From: a virus
Taxonomy: Duplodnaviria > Heunggongvirae > Uroviricota > Caudoviricetes
DNA length: 38,720 bases
IMG/VR virus record: IMGVR_UViG_2563366844_000005
Reading direction: 5' to 3' (one strand)
The translations under genes and the position numbers were made by a program. Within the stretch, counting starts at the first letter, position 1; each line of letters begins with the position of its first letter. The notes below the pieces were generated by a model, which was given only the letters and a program-made list of their open reading frames with translations, did no database searches and was not told the DNA's origin. Of the stretch, positions 1-9,947 are shown piece after piece.

Positions 1-249
1 ATGCGTATTGAGATCTGCATAGCCAAAGAAAAAATGACTAAAATGCCAAACGGTGCTGTGGATGCGTTAAAGGAAGAATTAACCCGACGCATCAGTAAAC
101 GTTATGACGATGTAGAGGTGATCGTAAAAGCCACCAGCAACGATGGCCTTTCTGTTACGCGCACCGCCGATAAAGATTCAGCTAAAACTTTTGTTCAGGA
201 AACTCTGAAAGATACCTGGGAGTCTGCTGACGAGTGGTTTGTTCACTAA
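1..249 (+). CDS. DinI-family DNA-damage-inducible protein
   Basis: 82 aa; N-terminal MRIE and C-terminal [14 protein letters not shown] closely match E. coli DinI as I recall it. Starts at base 1, so promoter and any LexA box lie outside the window. Confidence 0.75.
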   Translation: MRIEICIAKEKMTKMPNGAVDALKEELTRRISKRYDDVEVIVKATSNDGLSVTRTADKDSAKTFVQETLKDTWESADEWFVH

Positions 250-316
250 TTAGCACGTAAAATCAGTAACGGCTGGAAATCATTCAATACTCGCACTATC
301 GAAAGTTAACCAGCCA

Positions 317-366
317 GCCGCAGTATCCTATCATGACAAGTTACTGCGGCTTTTTACTTTTTATAT
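317..366 (+). terminator. Intrinsic terminator downstream of the dinI-like gene
   Basis: Perfect 9-bp inverted repeat GCCGCAGTA / TACTGCGGC (317-325 and 342-350) followed by a T-rich run. Confidence 0.55.
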
Positions 367-660
367 TTAACGGATCAACATCCAGATCAGCAGACACGGC
401 ACCACCGGCACAGCAAAATCCATCAGGCTTGCCACATCCCACGCGCGCGGATCAAAACCGCCCCACCACGGCATATTCATTCGCTTGCCATGCCCGAACA
501 TTTCAATCCAGCGATATTCTGCCTGGGTGTGTTCACGCGCAATGAAGAACGTACAACCGGCTATCGCCCCGTAAACCCAGTTCCCGGTAAAAAGACCAAT
601 CAGTAGCTGCGCAGCCACAGCACAAAGCGCATGAAGGAAAGGTGTTATATCCATTTTCAT
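367..660 (-). CDS. Hypothetical small inner-membrane protein (cargo gene beyond the tail fibres)
   Basis: Track ORF 367..669 begins with TTG; first ATG at 660. Two hydrophobic segments and a Trp-rich loop; no family recognised. Confidence 0.5.
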   Translation of the reverse strand: MKMDITPFLHALCAVAAQLLIGLFTGNWVYGAIAGCTFFIAREHTQAEYRWIEMFGHGKRMNMPWWGGFDPRAWDVASLMDFAVPVVPCLLIWMLIR

Positions 661-696
661 CCTACCCAATAAAACGGGGCGCTCTGCCCCTTGATA

Positions 697-1737
697 TTAT
701 TTAGACGCAAGCGCCGCCTCAATTGCAGATAATCTTTGTCTTAATTCTGCGTTTTCTTCTTCCAGTGCTGTTATCCTGTCGTCTGACTCTCTGGCTACCT
801 GAACAAGCAAACCCGTTACGCCTGAGTAATCGACGGTATAGTATCTTTCTCCCTCTTCTCCATCAGACCCATTGTCCCCGCTCTTGTACTTTATTGTGCT
901 ACCAACTGATTCAGGGATTGCATTAAGTGCCTCTTGCGCAATAACGCCAGCATAAGGCATACCATTAGACTTGAGACGGTAAGTATACCCATTCATTAAT
1001 CTGATGCGCTCAGTGGCATTATCAATAACCTGAATGTTTTCTTTAAGATCTCTGTCCGACACCTGGTCGAATGATGTAGCCTTGCATGGCCCGTTTATCT
1101 CAAGCTGATAGGTTTTATCTGGGTTCCTTTGTGCATAAAACAAAAAAAGCCCGCCATCATCCCTAATTTCATAAACAACTGGACGACTGGAATTTCCCCA
1201 TAATAACGTCGACACACCAGAATACGCCGTACCTTGCGTGTTTAATGTCATGGTTGACCCATGATTGGCATATTTGATCTGTAATGTGTCTGTATTATCA
1301 AACTTAATAAGCGCGTTACTTCCCCGCACACCATACGACATGAGACAGTTCCCCATTTTCAGATAGCCTGAAGTTCCAGGGAAGATCATTGTTCCGCCGT
1401 AAAGGTTGGTAAAATCCCAGCAAATATTTTCACCGTTATCGTTCAGGTTAAGGCGCGCCATTGCGTTACCTGGACTGTCTATCCATTTTTTGAGGTATAG
1501 TTCGCAATACGCATCCTCAACACCTGCCGTCCTGTGAGTTGAGCGGAGTTTTCTCCCAAATATAGCTCCGCTAGTTGGCAATACCTGCTGATACCATGAA
1601 GCAGACCAGTCACCAACGATTTCATCTTTGCTGTCTACATATAATTTTGTTGCGTAGCTTCCTTGATCGTTTTTTAATTTGCTAACGTCGGATTTTAGCG
1701 TTTTGATGTCATCAGGAATTACTGTCGATGTAGCCAT
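697..1737 (-). CDS. Tail fibre/spike protein with C-terminal intramolecular chaperone (peptidase S74-like) domain
   Basis: 346 aa; C-terminus ends in a heptad coiled coil (ITALEEENAELRQRLSAIEAAL) typical of self-cleaving chaperone domains of phage fibres; GAGGAAG precedes the ATG. Confidence 0.75.
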   Translation of the reverse strand: MATSTVIPDDIKTLKSDVSKLKNDQGSYATKLYVDSKDEIVGDWSASWYQQVLPTSGAIFGRKLRSTHRTAGVEDAYCELYLKKWIDSPGNAMARLNLNDNGENICWDFTNLYGGTMIFPGTSGYLKMGNCLMSYGVRGSNALIKFDNTDTLQIKYANHGSTMTLNTQGTAYSGVSTLLWGNSSRPVVYEIRDDGGLFLFYAQRNPDKTYQLEINGPCKATSFDQVSDRDLKENIQVIDNATERIRLMNGYTYRLKSNGMPYAGVIAQEALNAIPESVGSTIKYKSGDNGSDGEEGERYYTVDYSGVTGLLVQVARESDDRITALEEENAELRQRLSAIEAALASK

Positions 1738-1746
1738 TTTTCTTCC

Positions 1747-2028
1747 TCACATCCAGCCACGAAGTTGATGCTCAACAGCAACCACGTATTCATCGAATAA
1801 TGACGATATTTGCGTATCATTAATGATGCGTACGTTTACAAAATATCCGTCTTCCTTAACACATACCGGCTCGCCATCTTCGGTAAGTTCTCCGGTTTCT
1901 TTGTACACGTTACCTATCACATCAATGAGAACATTGTTCTGCATCGACTCGTCATCATAATAGCCAGTGCTCTCCATAAAGGCCGAAAAGTCGGCTCTGT
2001 CGGCAAATTTGAGGGTTAAGTCTCGCAT
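1747..2028 (-). CDS. Hypothetical protein within the tail-fibre module
   Basis: 93-aa acidic ORF; its ATG overlaps the stop of the upstream fibre gene (TAATG), suggesting translational coupling. Confidence 0.55.
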   Translation of the reverse strand: MRDLTLKFADRADFSAFMESTGYYDDESMQNNVLIDVIGNVYKETGELTEDGEPVCVKEDGYFVNVRIINDTQISSLFDEYVVAVEHQLRGWM

Positions 2029-4382
2029 TATATTTTTTCTCCCTGCTGCGCTGCTGTTAATTCCCTGTGCCAGATACGCAAATTTCGGACGTGCCCGAAC
2101 AGATGGCGGCTGCCACTGGACGCCTTTCCACCGATAGTGATGAATCCACCAGTGTACTTCTGATTTTGATATGCTGAAGTTGTCAATGCCCCGAAAACAC
2201 CATTGACAACAACTTGCAACCTTCTGTCTTCCGAAAATAAAAAACCAACGATATTATGGCGCTTAGTTCTTGCAAGAGTACTATTATACTCTTTAATGGC
2301 ATTTGAGTCGCCGTTTGTGATTATCGCTTTATTACCACGAGTAGCAAAACCAAGGTACATATAACTTTGATTTATTATATCTGTGGAATCTCCCGTTGTT
2401 GTTATATCCAGAATCCTTGCTCCACCAGTAATATTAGGCATAAAGCCAGGTTCCCATAGTGTATTTACTTCAACAAGACAACTTATTGCAGGAGTTGACC
2501 AGTTTAATTTTACAGGGACAGTAACCATATCACTGGCTCTTGTTGCACCAGTTCCCGACGTAATGATAAATGATGACGCATGAGTTCCCTTTTCAAACTG
2601 AGGGGTGGTCATCATTATCTGGTCTCCGGCCTGTATGGAACGCCCGTCCGCAGCTATCTCAAAACGAGCGTGAATACTTTTCGGTTCTGGTGATTTATAT
2701 GTAAATTCGATGCGTAACCATCCGTTAGCTTCTCTGTATATGACATGATTGACAGCATCCTCACCATTCGGAATTTTTAATATTTCTCCGGTGCCGCAAT
2801 CTATATATGACTCAGCAACCAGTGTGTTGCTTGTTCCGTCATCGTTCACATAAGCTACGCGAGGTCTGATTAATATATCAGTCCCTTTAACACGGCACGA
2901 AAGTGTAACTGATTCATTTGCATCAACACTGATTACACGGGGATAACCACTCGTAATTAATGTCGCCCGGCCATCCAACGGAGTTCCCGTAACCGTGAAT
3001 GTTCCATATGTAAACCCATACTCGTCAGTTTCACTAGTCACCGATAATGCAGATTTCAGATAATTCCATAAGGATGGTGTATTACTATAATAAAGTGTGT
3101 TTGTTCTCTGCCCCTCTATTAACAACCCCATTTTTTCAAATCTGGGTTCATCTACAGACGCAATACAAAGCCCCCCGGATTTATCAATATATGTCGCTTC
3201 AGATGCCCGCTTAAACTTAACAATCTTGTCGCCAGGCATTGTTATTTCATCATCACCAATAACAATCTTTTTATATGATGGCGAAAAGCCCGTAATCATA
3301 TCCAGTGAATCGTTAAACGGTATCCACACATCAGGCAGCGGTTGTAAGACATATTTATACGGCTCTGCTGCCTGGCTTGCATACTCTCTGGCTGCATCTT
3401 CACTTGCTTTAGCTGCCGTCTGGCTTGCTGCCGATGCTTTCGCTGAGTTCGCAGCCGCTGTTTCGCTCACCTTTGCGTTGGTTTCACTGGTTTTTGCTGC
3501 TTTTTGGCTGTTGGCTGATGCAGTGGCAGAAGCATCCGCCGCACTTGCAGAACCAGCTGCGGCACTCTCGCTTTGGGCCGCTGCATCCTGACTGTTTTTC
3601 GCCGCAGTTTCGCTGGCTTTGGCATTCGTTTCACTCGTCTTCGCTGCTTTCTGGCTGTTAGCCGCAGCAGTTGCTGATCCAGCAGCTGAAGTCGCAGAAC
3701 CGGCAGCGGCACTCTCGCTTTCAGCTGCTGCAACCTGGCTGTTTTTTGCCGCAGTTTCACTGGCTTTGGCATTCGTTTCGCTGGTCTTCGCTGCCGTCTG
3801 GCTGGACTTTGCGTTGGTTTCGCTCGTCTTTGCGGCTGTCTCGCTGTTTTTCGCGTTGGTTTCTGATTTTTTGGCTGCTGTCGCGGAGTTTGCCGATGCA
3901 GTCTGCGAGGTCGCTGCCGCCTGTGCGCTGTTAGCTGCATTCGTTTCTGAGGTTTTCGCCGCGTTCTTCGATGATGCCGCTGCAGTTTCGGATTTCTTTG
4001 CCGCCGCTGCGCTCTGAGAGGCGGCTTCGGCGTTGCGTGCCGCTTCTTCCACCATTGCCTCAAAACGGCGCAATGCCTCCGGCATGACATCATCTTCCGT
4101 CATGGCACCGAGAAAATCATTCAGCGTACCTGGTCTGGAACCTTCATAGACGGTAATGGTCCCGGCATGTGAAGGCGGAAAACCTTCAACCAGCAGGGTG
4201 ACGCTGTACTGGCCATACTCAACATCCATGCTGTAACGTCCGGCTTCATCCGGATTTTCAGAAGCCACCGTGTTCACCAGTACCGTGGTGCTGTTACGCT
4301 TTGCCTTCAGTTGAATAGTGCAGTTCTGTATTGGTTTTCCCGCACCATCTTTCAGCACACCTGAGATTTTTACTGCTGCCAT
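2028..4382 (-). CDS. stf: Side tail fibre protein (lambda Stf-like)
   Basis: N-terminus MAAVKISGVLKDGAGKPIQNCTIQLKA matches the lambda Stf family as recalled; first ATG at 4382 (track start 4388 is GTG) with GGAG upstream; internal Ser/Thr/Ala/Lys-rich tandem repeats. Confidence 0.85.
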   Translation of the reverse strand: MAAVKISGVLKDGAGKPIQNCTIQLKAKRNSTTVLVNTVASENPDEAGRYSMDVEYGQYSVTLLVEGFPPSHAGTITVYEGSRPGTLNDFLGAMTEDDVMPEALRRFEAMVEEAARNAEAASQSAAAAKKSETAAASSKNAAKTSETNAANSAQAAATSQTASANSATAAKKSETNAKNSETAAKTSETNAKSSQTAAKTSETNAKASETAAKNSQVAAAESESAAAGSATSAAGSATAAANSQKAAKTSETNAKASETAAKNSQDAAAQSESAAAGSASAADASATASANSQKAAKTSETNAKVSETAAANSAKASAASQTAAKASEDAAREYASQAAEPYKYVLQPLPDVWIPFNDSLDMITGFSPSYKKIVIGDDEITMPGDKIVKFKRASEATYIDKSGGLCIASVDEPRFEKMGLLIEGQRTNTLYYSNTPSLWNYLKSALSVTSETDEYGFTYGTFTVTGTPLDGRATLITSGYPRVISVDANESVTLSCRVKGTDILIRPRVAYVNDDGTSNTLVAESYIDCGTGEILKIPNGEDAVNHVIYREANGWLRIEFTYKSPEPKSIHARFEIAADGRSIQAGDQIMMTTPQFEKGTHASSFIITSGTGATRASDMVTVPVKLNWSTPAISCLVEVNTLWEPGFMPNITGGARILDITTTGDSTDIINQSYMYLGFATRGNKAIITNGDSNAIKEYNSTLARTKRHNIVGFLFSEDRRLQVVVNGVFGALTTSAYQNQKYTGGFITIGGKASSGSRHLFGHVRNLRIWHRELTAAQQGEKI
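3390..3995 (-). repeat. In-frame tandem repeats inside the side tail fibre gene
   Basis: Protein shows reiterated KTSETNAKASETAAKNSQ-type units; the same periodicity creates many overlapping alternative-frame ORFs on both strands in the track. Confidence 0.8.
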
Positions 4383-4392
4383 ATCCACTCCA

Positions 4393-4420
4393 CAAAAAAG
4401 CCCGCCTGAACCGGCGGGCT
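4393..4420 (-). terminator. Intrinsic terminator between lom and stf
   Basis: Minus-strand hairpin AGCCCGCC / GGCGGGCT followed by six U. Confidence 0.6.
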
Positions 4421-4446
4421 GTCATAACACTGTGTTACCTGGCTAA

Positions 4447-5046
4447 TCAGAATTTATAACCGACACCCACGATGAAACCGTCAGTGCGCCAGTCACCACT
4501 GCCGGAGCCTTCATAAGCAATATCAATGGCCACGGATTCGGTCGGGTTAAACTGCACGCCAGCTCCCCACGCCAGAGACGTGTTGCTGTGGCGATCATCA
4601 TCACTTCCGGTCAGCACATCGTTCGTTTTCCCCTTGCTGTCAGTTACGCGGAGATAATCACCGGAAAAAGTCGAAACACGGCTGTAAGCCACACCTGCCA
4701 TCGCATAAGCACTGAACCATTCATTCACGCGTACAGATGGCCCCGCCATCATGCTGAACCAGCGGTTACGCACTGAATCTTCATGCCAGCGGGTATCGCT
4801 GTAATGCGTTTTTTGCTCATCTTTGGCATTGGCATAACTGAATGACGTCACCAGCCCCAGCGTGTCCGTAAATTCATAACGGTATTTCACGTTAATGCCC
4901 TTCAGGTCATCACTGCCTGGCATATCAGTATGGGCCTGAAGATACCCGGCGCTTAGTGTGGACTGATGCTCTGCTGCGCTCGCTGGCGTACCAGCGGCAA
5001 CCAGCCAGACTACTGCGGACAGAATAACAGCACATAATTTACGCAT
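4447..5046 (-). CDS. lom: Lom/Ail/PagC-family outer-membrane beta-barrel protein
   Basis: 199 aa; signal peptide ending ASA; C-terminal aromatic residue (GVGYKF); sits immediately after J as in lambda; own RBS; terminators on both sides. Confidence 0.9.
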   Translation of the reverse strand: MRKLCAVILSAVVWLVAAGTPASAAEHQSTLSAGYLQAHTDMPGSDDLKGINVKYRYEFTDTLGLVTSFSYANAKDEQKTHYSDTRWHEDSVRNRWFSMMAGPSVRVNEWFSAYAMAGVAYSRVSTFSGDYLRVTDSKGKTNDVLTGSDDDRHSNTSLAWGAGVQFNPTESVAIDIAYEGSGSGDWRTDGFIVGVGYKF

Positions 5047-5067
5047 AATTACCTCTCGCTTTTCTGC

Positions 5068-5094
5068 AATAAAAAAGGCGTCATTTCTGACGCC
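5068..5094 (-). terminator. Intrinsic terminator between J and lom
   Basis: Minus-strand hairpin GGCGTCA-GAAA-TGACGCC followed by UUUUUUAUU. Confidence 0.6.
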
Positions 5095-5113
5095 CGTATT
5101 GGGGTTATAAAAT

Positions 5114-8100
5114 TCAGCTGATACTGATGCCTGCGGTGGCTTTCTTCATCACCACAACCAGCAAATCGCTGATACTTGCTGTGGGATACCAGCCATTTAC
5201 CAGCCATGCCGATACAGAAAATTCCAGTGTCATTACACCACTGCCTGCAGGCATATCAATAACACCCGTATATATCAGCGTATTATCCAGAGCCGTTCGG
5301 TTATAAATTTCAGCACCGTTTTTTCGTACTATCAGACGGCATGAGGAGTAGATATCAGTATGATCTTGCTCATGTTTAGCGCCACTGAATGCCACCGCCG
5401 GAATAACAATTTGCCGGTCAAACGGCTGATCGTCATAAACCCTGACGGTAATGGTCCCTGATGGCCACCGCTCCGGTGCACGGGAGTCCCGGGGGAAAGC
5501 TTTGCCCACCGTTTTAACAATATCGCCTTCAATCTGGTTGGCTGACAGTTTTCCCAGAATCCGGCAGTTCTGATTAATCGTGACATTGTTGAGCGTCCCG
5601 GAGTTCGCATTCACGTTACCGCTGATATCGGCATTTTTCGCCGTCAGCCGCCCGTCCGGTGTCAGGGAAAATGCCGGAGGATTACCGCCGCTGGTAATGG
5701 TGGGAGCCGTCAGGTATTTCAGGAACACTTCGTTCATAAATATCTGATCGCCCTGACCAACAAACATCGGCTTTGTGTTGCCATTCGCAGGATTAATCAT
5801 CGCAATCCTGTCTGCCGCCAGCAGCACCTGACTCTGCATGCCGTCAGGGGTGTTTTCAATACCGGCACCAATACCCGCGATATAAAGGCGTCCGTCCTGC
5901 ATCTGCTGCAGCTTCACAGCCCACATGCTGTTCAGGTTATTATTTGTATCAACCTGAACCTTCTGTATCTGCTGAATTGCCGCACTCTGGTCTTCCAGTT
6001 TCTTATTGACGGTCTGCGTGATTTCATTACTGACATCCGTGATGGACGTTCTGATTTCCGCCAGGTCAGGCGCAAGCTGACCGTTATCAATCTGCGTCCA
6101 CAACTCCTGAGCCAGATGGGTTTTCCCTATCTCTCCTTTGAAAAAATCCAGATAGCCGGATGCATCATCACTCGGCTGGCCAACAGCCTCCACGAATGCA
6201 GATTTGCCAACGGTGTTCACACTGCGGATGTAAAAATAATAATCATGGCCCGGCTTGATATTGATACTGGCAGCTATCCAGTACAGCGCCGTGCCAAGAT
6301 AGCGGGCTGTGGTTTCAACCTGCCTGATATCCGCAATCCGCTTTTCTGAGAACCAGAACTCAAACTGTACCGTCGGATCATAAACGGCGAGATGCGGCGT
6401 GGCGGTTATCTGAAAATAGCCCGGCGTCAGCTCAATCCGCGATGGCGCTGCCGGTGCGGCAATCCGGAACGATACCGATGCCGGATCGCCCTGCTGCCCC
6501 CAGGCATTTGCCGCCCGGACTGTCAGCCTGTAATTTCCCAGCGCCAGTTGCCTGAAGCGGTATGTGGTTTCCGTCGTCCGGGCCGTGCTGACCAGCCGCT
6601 CACTGCCGTCATCCGCTGCCACGGTCAGGCGAAGCAGGAAGCTCACGCCCTTCACCACCTTCGGCGTGTCCCAGCGCGCCAGCACCTGATATTCCCCGCT
6701 GTCTGCGGTGACTTCGGCGGTCAGGTGCTGCACCGCTGGCGGCGTGACACCGTTCACCGTTCCGCTCTGGTCGCCGTCAAAGTGCGCCCCGTTATCCACG
6801 ATGGCTTCTTTCTCCGGCACATGCTGCACGGCAGTGATGGCATACGTGCCGTCATCGTTCTCACGGATACTCACACAGCGGAACAGGCGCTGGCGCAGCG
6901 TCGGCAGCTTCAGCCCCCATACGCTGTATTCGGCAACACCGTCAGGAACACGGCTCACTTTTACCTTCACGCCGTCGGTGACGGACTGAACCTCCACGCT
7001 GACCGGATTGCCACTTCCGTCAACCAGGCTTATCAGCGTGGTACCGGAGGATGGCAGCGTGATTTCACGGTCGAGCGTCAGCGTCCGGGTCTGGCTGTTC
7101 ACCGCCAGCACGCGACCACCGATGCTGATACCGGCATAGTCATCATCACAGATTTCAATGACATCGCCCGGTACATGGCGAAGCCCTTCGGCACCCACGC
7201 TGAAGTCCACGGTCTGCGTTTCCAGCAGTTCCGTTTTAATCAGCCACAGCCCGGCGCGGTGCGCCTGCCCCCGGCTGGTACAGCCAAAGGCATCCATCTT
7301 CGTGACGTTACGACCGTAACGGAGAATGGCCTGCGTATCTTCAACAAGCTCTGTCGCCGTCTCCCAGCCGTTATCCGGGTCAATCCAGTTCACCTCAACG
7401 GCATTATGGCGGTCCTTCAGGGCGCTGAAGCTGTAGCGGAACGGCGCGCCATCATCCGGCATAACCACATTACTGTGGTTATAGGTCCACACCTTATCCG
7501 ACGGTCGGTCCTGCACGAACGTCAGCGTCTGCCCGTTCCATACCGGCATACAGCGCATCGCCGAACAGAAATCACTGAGCACATCCCACGCCTTACGCTG
7601 TGTGGTCAGGTAAGCGTTACAGGTGATGCGCGGCTCCGTGCCACCAAAGCCATCCGGCACTGACTGATCGCAATACTGGCCGATGACATACAGCGCCCAT
7701 TTGTCCACATCCGCCGCACCAAGACGTTTCCCCATGCCGTAGCGCGGGTGGGTCAGCATATCCCACAGACACCAGGCCATGTTGTTGCTGTATGCCGGTT
7801 TAAACGTCCCGTCCCAGATACCGCTGTATTGCCGCGTCTGCGGGTTATAGTTCGATGGCACCTGCAGAATGCGCCCGCGAAGATGATAATTACGGCTCAC
7901 CTGCTGGCTGCCGAACTGTTCCGAGTCCACCTGCACGCCGACCAGTGCCGTGTTCGGGTAGCACTGTTTCACATCGATGATTTCAGTGTATGACGACCAG
8001 AGCGTTTTGTTCTGCAGCTGGTCTGTGGTGCTGTCCGGCGTCATCCTGCGCATCCGGATATTAAACGGGCGCGGCGGCAGGTTACCCACCACCACCGAGG

Positions 8101-8593
8101 CCAGATACTGCGAGGTGGTTTTGCCCTTAATGGTGATGTCTTTTTCCGTCACCCAGCCACCGTTACGTTGTATCTGAACCAGCAGGCGGACTTCCGACGG
8201 ATTCCTGTCACCCTTTGAGGTGGTTTCCACCAGTGCCTGCACACCGAAGGTAAAGCGCAGACGGTCGATGTTTGCAGACGTGATGGTCCGGGTGATCGGC
8301 GTGTCGTATTTCACTTCCGTACCCAGCACCGTCTCGGAACCGGAGGATTCAAATCCCTCCGGCGGTGTCTGCTCCTGCTCACCTGCCCGGAACACCACCG
8401 TGACACCGGAGATGTTGGTATTCCCCTCACTGTCCAGCACCGGTGTACTGTTCAGCAGCACGCTTTTTAATCCATCCACCGGACCTTCTATCGGCCCTTC
8501 GCTGATGGCATCGATCACACTCAGTAACTGCGTGGATTTCAGGTTGTCCTTCGCTTCGCGCGGGGTATGCCCCTTACTGCTGCCTTTACCCAT
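5114..8593 (-). CDS. J: Tail tip / host-specificity protein J
   Basis: 1159 aa; N-terminal roughly 800 aa nearly identical to lambda J as I recall it; C-terminal roughly 320 aa differ. GGAG RBS. Confidence 0.95.
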   Translation of the reverse strand: MGKGSSKGHTPREAKDNLKSTQLLSVIDAISEGPIEGPVDGLKSVLLNSTPVLDSEGNTNISGVTVVFRAGEQEQTPPEGFESSGSETVLGTEVKYDTPITRTITSANIDRLRFTFGVQALVETTSKGDRNPSEVRLLVQIQRNGGWVTEKDITIKGKTTSQYLASVVVGNLPPRPFNIRMRRMTPDSTTDQLQNKTLWSSYTEIIDVKQCYPNTALVGVQVDSEQFGSQQVSRNYHLRGRILQVPSNYNPQTRQYSGIWDGTFKPAYSNNMAWCLWDMLTHPRYGMGKRLGAADVDKWALYVIGQYCDQSVPDGFGGTEPRITCNAYLTTQRKAWDVLSDFCSAMRCMPVWNGQTLTFVQDRPSDKVWTYNHSNVVMPDDGAPFRYSFSALKDRHNAVEVNWIDPDNGWETATELVEDTQAILRYGRNVTKMDAFGCTSRGQAHRAGLWLIKTELLETQTVDFSVGAEGLRHVPGDVIEICDDDYAGISIGGRVLAVNSQTRTLTLDREITLPSSGTTLISLVDGSGNPVSVEVQSVTDGVKVKVSRVPDGVAEYSVWGLKLPTLRQRLFRCVSIRENDDGTYAITAVQHVPEKEAIVDNGAHFDGDQSGTVNGVTPPAVQHLTAEVTADSGEYQVLARWDTPKVVKGVSFLLRLTVAADDGSERLVSTARTTETTYRFRQLALGNYRLTVRAANAWGQQGDPASVSFRIAAPAAPSRIELTPGYFQITATPHLAVYDPTVQFEFWFSEKRIADIRQVETTARYLGTALYWIAASINIKPGHDYYFYIRSVNTVGKSAFVEAVGQPSDDASGYLDFFKGEIGKTHLAQELWTQIDNGQLAPDLAEIRTSITDVSNEITQTVNKKLEDQSAAIQQIQKVQVDTNNNLNSMWAVKLQQMQDGRLYIAGIGAGIENTPDGMQSQVLLAADRIAMINPANGNTKPMFVGQGDQIFMNEVFLKYLTAPTITSGGNPPAFSLTPDGRLTAKNADISGNVNANSGTLNNVTINQNCRILGKLSANQIEGDIVKTVGKAFPRDSRAPERWPSGTITVRVYDDQPFDRQIVIPAVAFSGAKHEQDHTDIYSSCRLIVRKNGAEIYNRTALDNTLIYTGVIDMPAGSGVMTLEFSVSAWLVNGWYPTASISDLLVVVMKKATAGISIS

Positions 8594-8653
8594 TCGTCAT
8601 GCTCCATAAACGACAAAACCGCCCGCAGGCGGTTTCACATAAAACATTTTGCA

Positions 8654-9301
8654 TCAGCGACCAATCACCACAACCTGACCACCATCCCCTTCGTCTGCCG
8701 TGCTGATCTCCTGAGAAACCACGCGTGACCCCACGCGCATTTCACCGTACAGAACAGGCAGAACATTGCCCTGGGCAACCATGTTATCCAGTGACGAGAA
8801 ATACGTGTTCTGCTTACCGTTATCCGTTCTGTGTGTACTGGGCGTCCGGGCTTTCGGTGCCAGCATCTGCGCCACTCCGCCCAGGATCATACTGGCCCCT
8901 GCTGCATACATACCCGATACAGCCGCGGCCCCCAGCCAGCCCACAGGGTTCCACCATGCCACCGCAATCAGCGCCGCACCCAGCACTGCCTGAAAAACAC
9001 CGCCACTTTTAGCTCCCGCCAGACGCGGCACAATGTGGATCACGGCACCATTTGCCAGCGGCTCATTAAGACGGGCAGATAATTCATTTTCGCCTGCATC
9101 ACGCCCGGCAATGCGTACCTGGTACCAGCCGTCGCTCAGTTTCTGACGAAACGCCGGGATCTGCATGGCCAGCGCCCGGATGGCTTCGGCCCCCGTTTTC
9201 ACACGAAGGTCGATGCGGCGGCCAAATCGTTGTAAATCCCCGTAAAGGCAGATGCGTGCCATGCCCGGTGACGCCAGAGGGAGTGTGTGCGTCGCTGCCA
9301 T
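8654..9301 (-). CDS. I: Tail assembly protein I
   Basis: MAATHTLPLASPGMARICLYGDLQRF... matches lambda I as recalled; ATG at 9301; overlaps the end of K by 103 nt. Confidence 0.9.
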   Translation of the reverse strand: MAATHTLPLASPGMARICLYGDLQRFGRRIDLRVKTGAEAIRALAMQIPAFRQKLSDGWYQVRIAGRDAGENELSARLNEPLANGAVIHIVPRLAGAKSGGVFQAVLGAALIAVAWWNPVGWLGAAAVSGMYAAGASMILGGVAQMLAPKARTPSTHRTDNGKQNTYFSSLDNMVAQGNVLPVLYGEMRVGSRVVSQEISTADEGDGGQVVVIGR

Positions 9302-9942
9302 TTGTCTGTATACCTCTCTCGTTTGCTCAGTTGTTCAGGAATATGGTGCAACAGCTCGCCGTCGCCACAGTAAATGGCGGCATGATTCGGCACCGATGAA
9401 CCAAAACAGCACAGCAGCACATCGCCCGGCTGGGCCGATGACAACGGCACCTGATACAGCCCTGTGGCCTCCAGATTATCCAGATAGAGATTCTGGCCGT
9501 TACGCCACCAGTCATCCTCGCGGTGAAAATCCGGCATCTCAATCCCCGCCAGATGGTAAGCGTCCCGGAACAGCGTGTAACAGTCCGTCACCCCGTGCTC
9601 AAAGCGCCGCCCGGTGAGATACGGCACACAGCGGAATTTATGAATCTCCCCGCGGCAGACCAGCCACCACGGTAAATCACTCTGCACCTGCAGCCGCCGG
9701 TCGGCTTCACTCAGCCAGGACAGACCACCGGGATGGCTGTGGACCAGCGCCACAATCTCACCCTGCATTTCTGCCTGCAGCCAGTCCTCCGGCGACATCC
9801 GGAAATACTCCTCCGGCTCACCGGAGATATTCACGCAGGGAAAATATCTTTCCCCCTCCGACGTTCTCACCACGAAGCCGCACGACTCCGCTGGCGCACA
9901 TCGCCGGGCGTGCGCCAGAATCGCTGATTCTGTCTCTGTCAT
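9199..9942 (-). CDS. K: Tail assembly protein K (JAB/MPN plus NlpC/P60-like domains)
   Basis: HSHPGG JAMM-type motif; lambda-K-like sequence; ATG at 9942 directly follows the L stop. Confidence 0.9.
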   Translation of the reverse strand: MTETESAILAHARRCAPAESCGFVVRTSEGERYFPCVNISGEPEEYFRMSPEDWLQAEMQGEIVALVHSHPGGLSWLSEADRRLQVQSDLPWWLVCRGEIHKFRCVPYLTGRRFEHGVTDCYTLFRDAYHLAGIEMPDFHREDDWWRNGQNLYLDNLEATGLYQVPLSSAQPGDVLLCCFGSSVPNHAAIYCGDGELLHHIPEQLSKRERYTDKWQRRTHSLWRHRAWHASAFTGIYNDLAAASTFV

Positions 9943-9947
9943 GGGAT

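Noticed and set aside
3097-4093. Several 130-210-aa ORFs on both strands within the side tail fibre repeat region
   Set aside because: Alternative-frame artefacts of the in-frame tandem repeats; low-complexity Ala/Leu- or Arg/Gln-rich translations.
6392-7663. 423-aa plus-strand ORF antisense to J
   Set aside because: Lies entirely inside the near-lambda J gene on the opposite strand; Arg/His/Cys-rich composition typical of antisense translation of GC-rich coding DNA.
8594-8653. Small hairpin with U-run between I and J
   Set aside because: Only a 5-bp GC stem; too weak to call a terminator with confidence.
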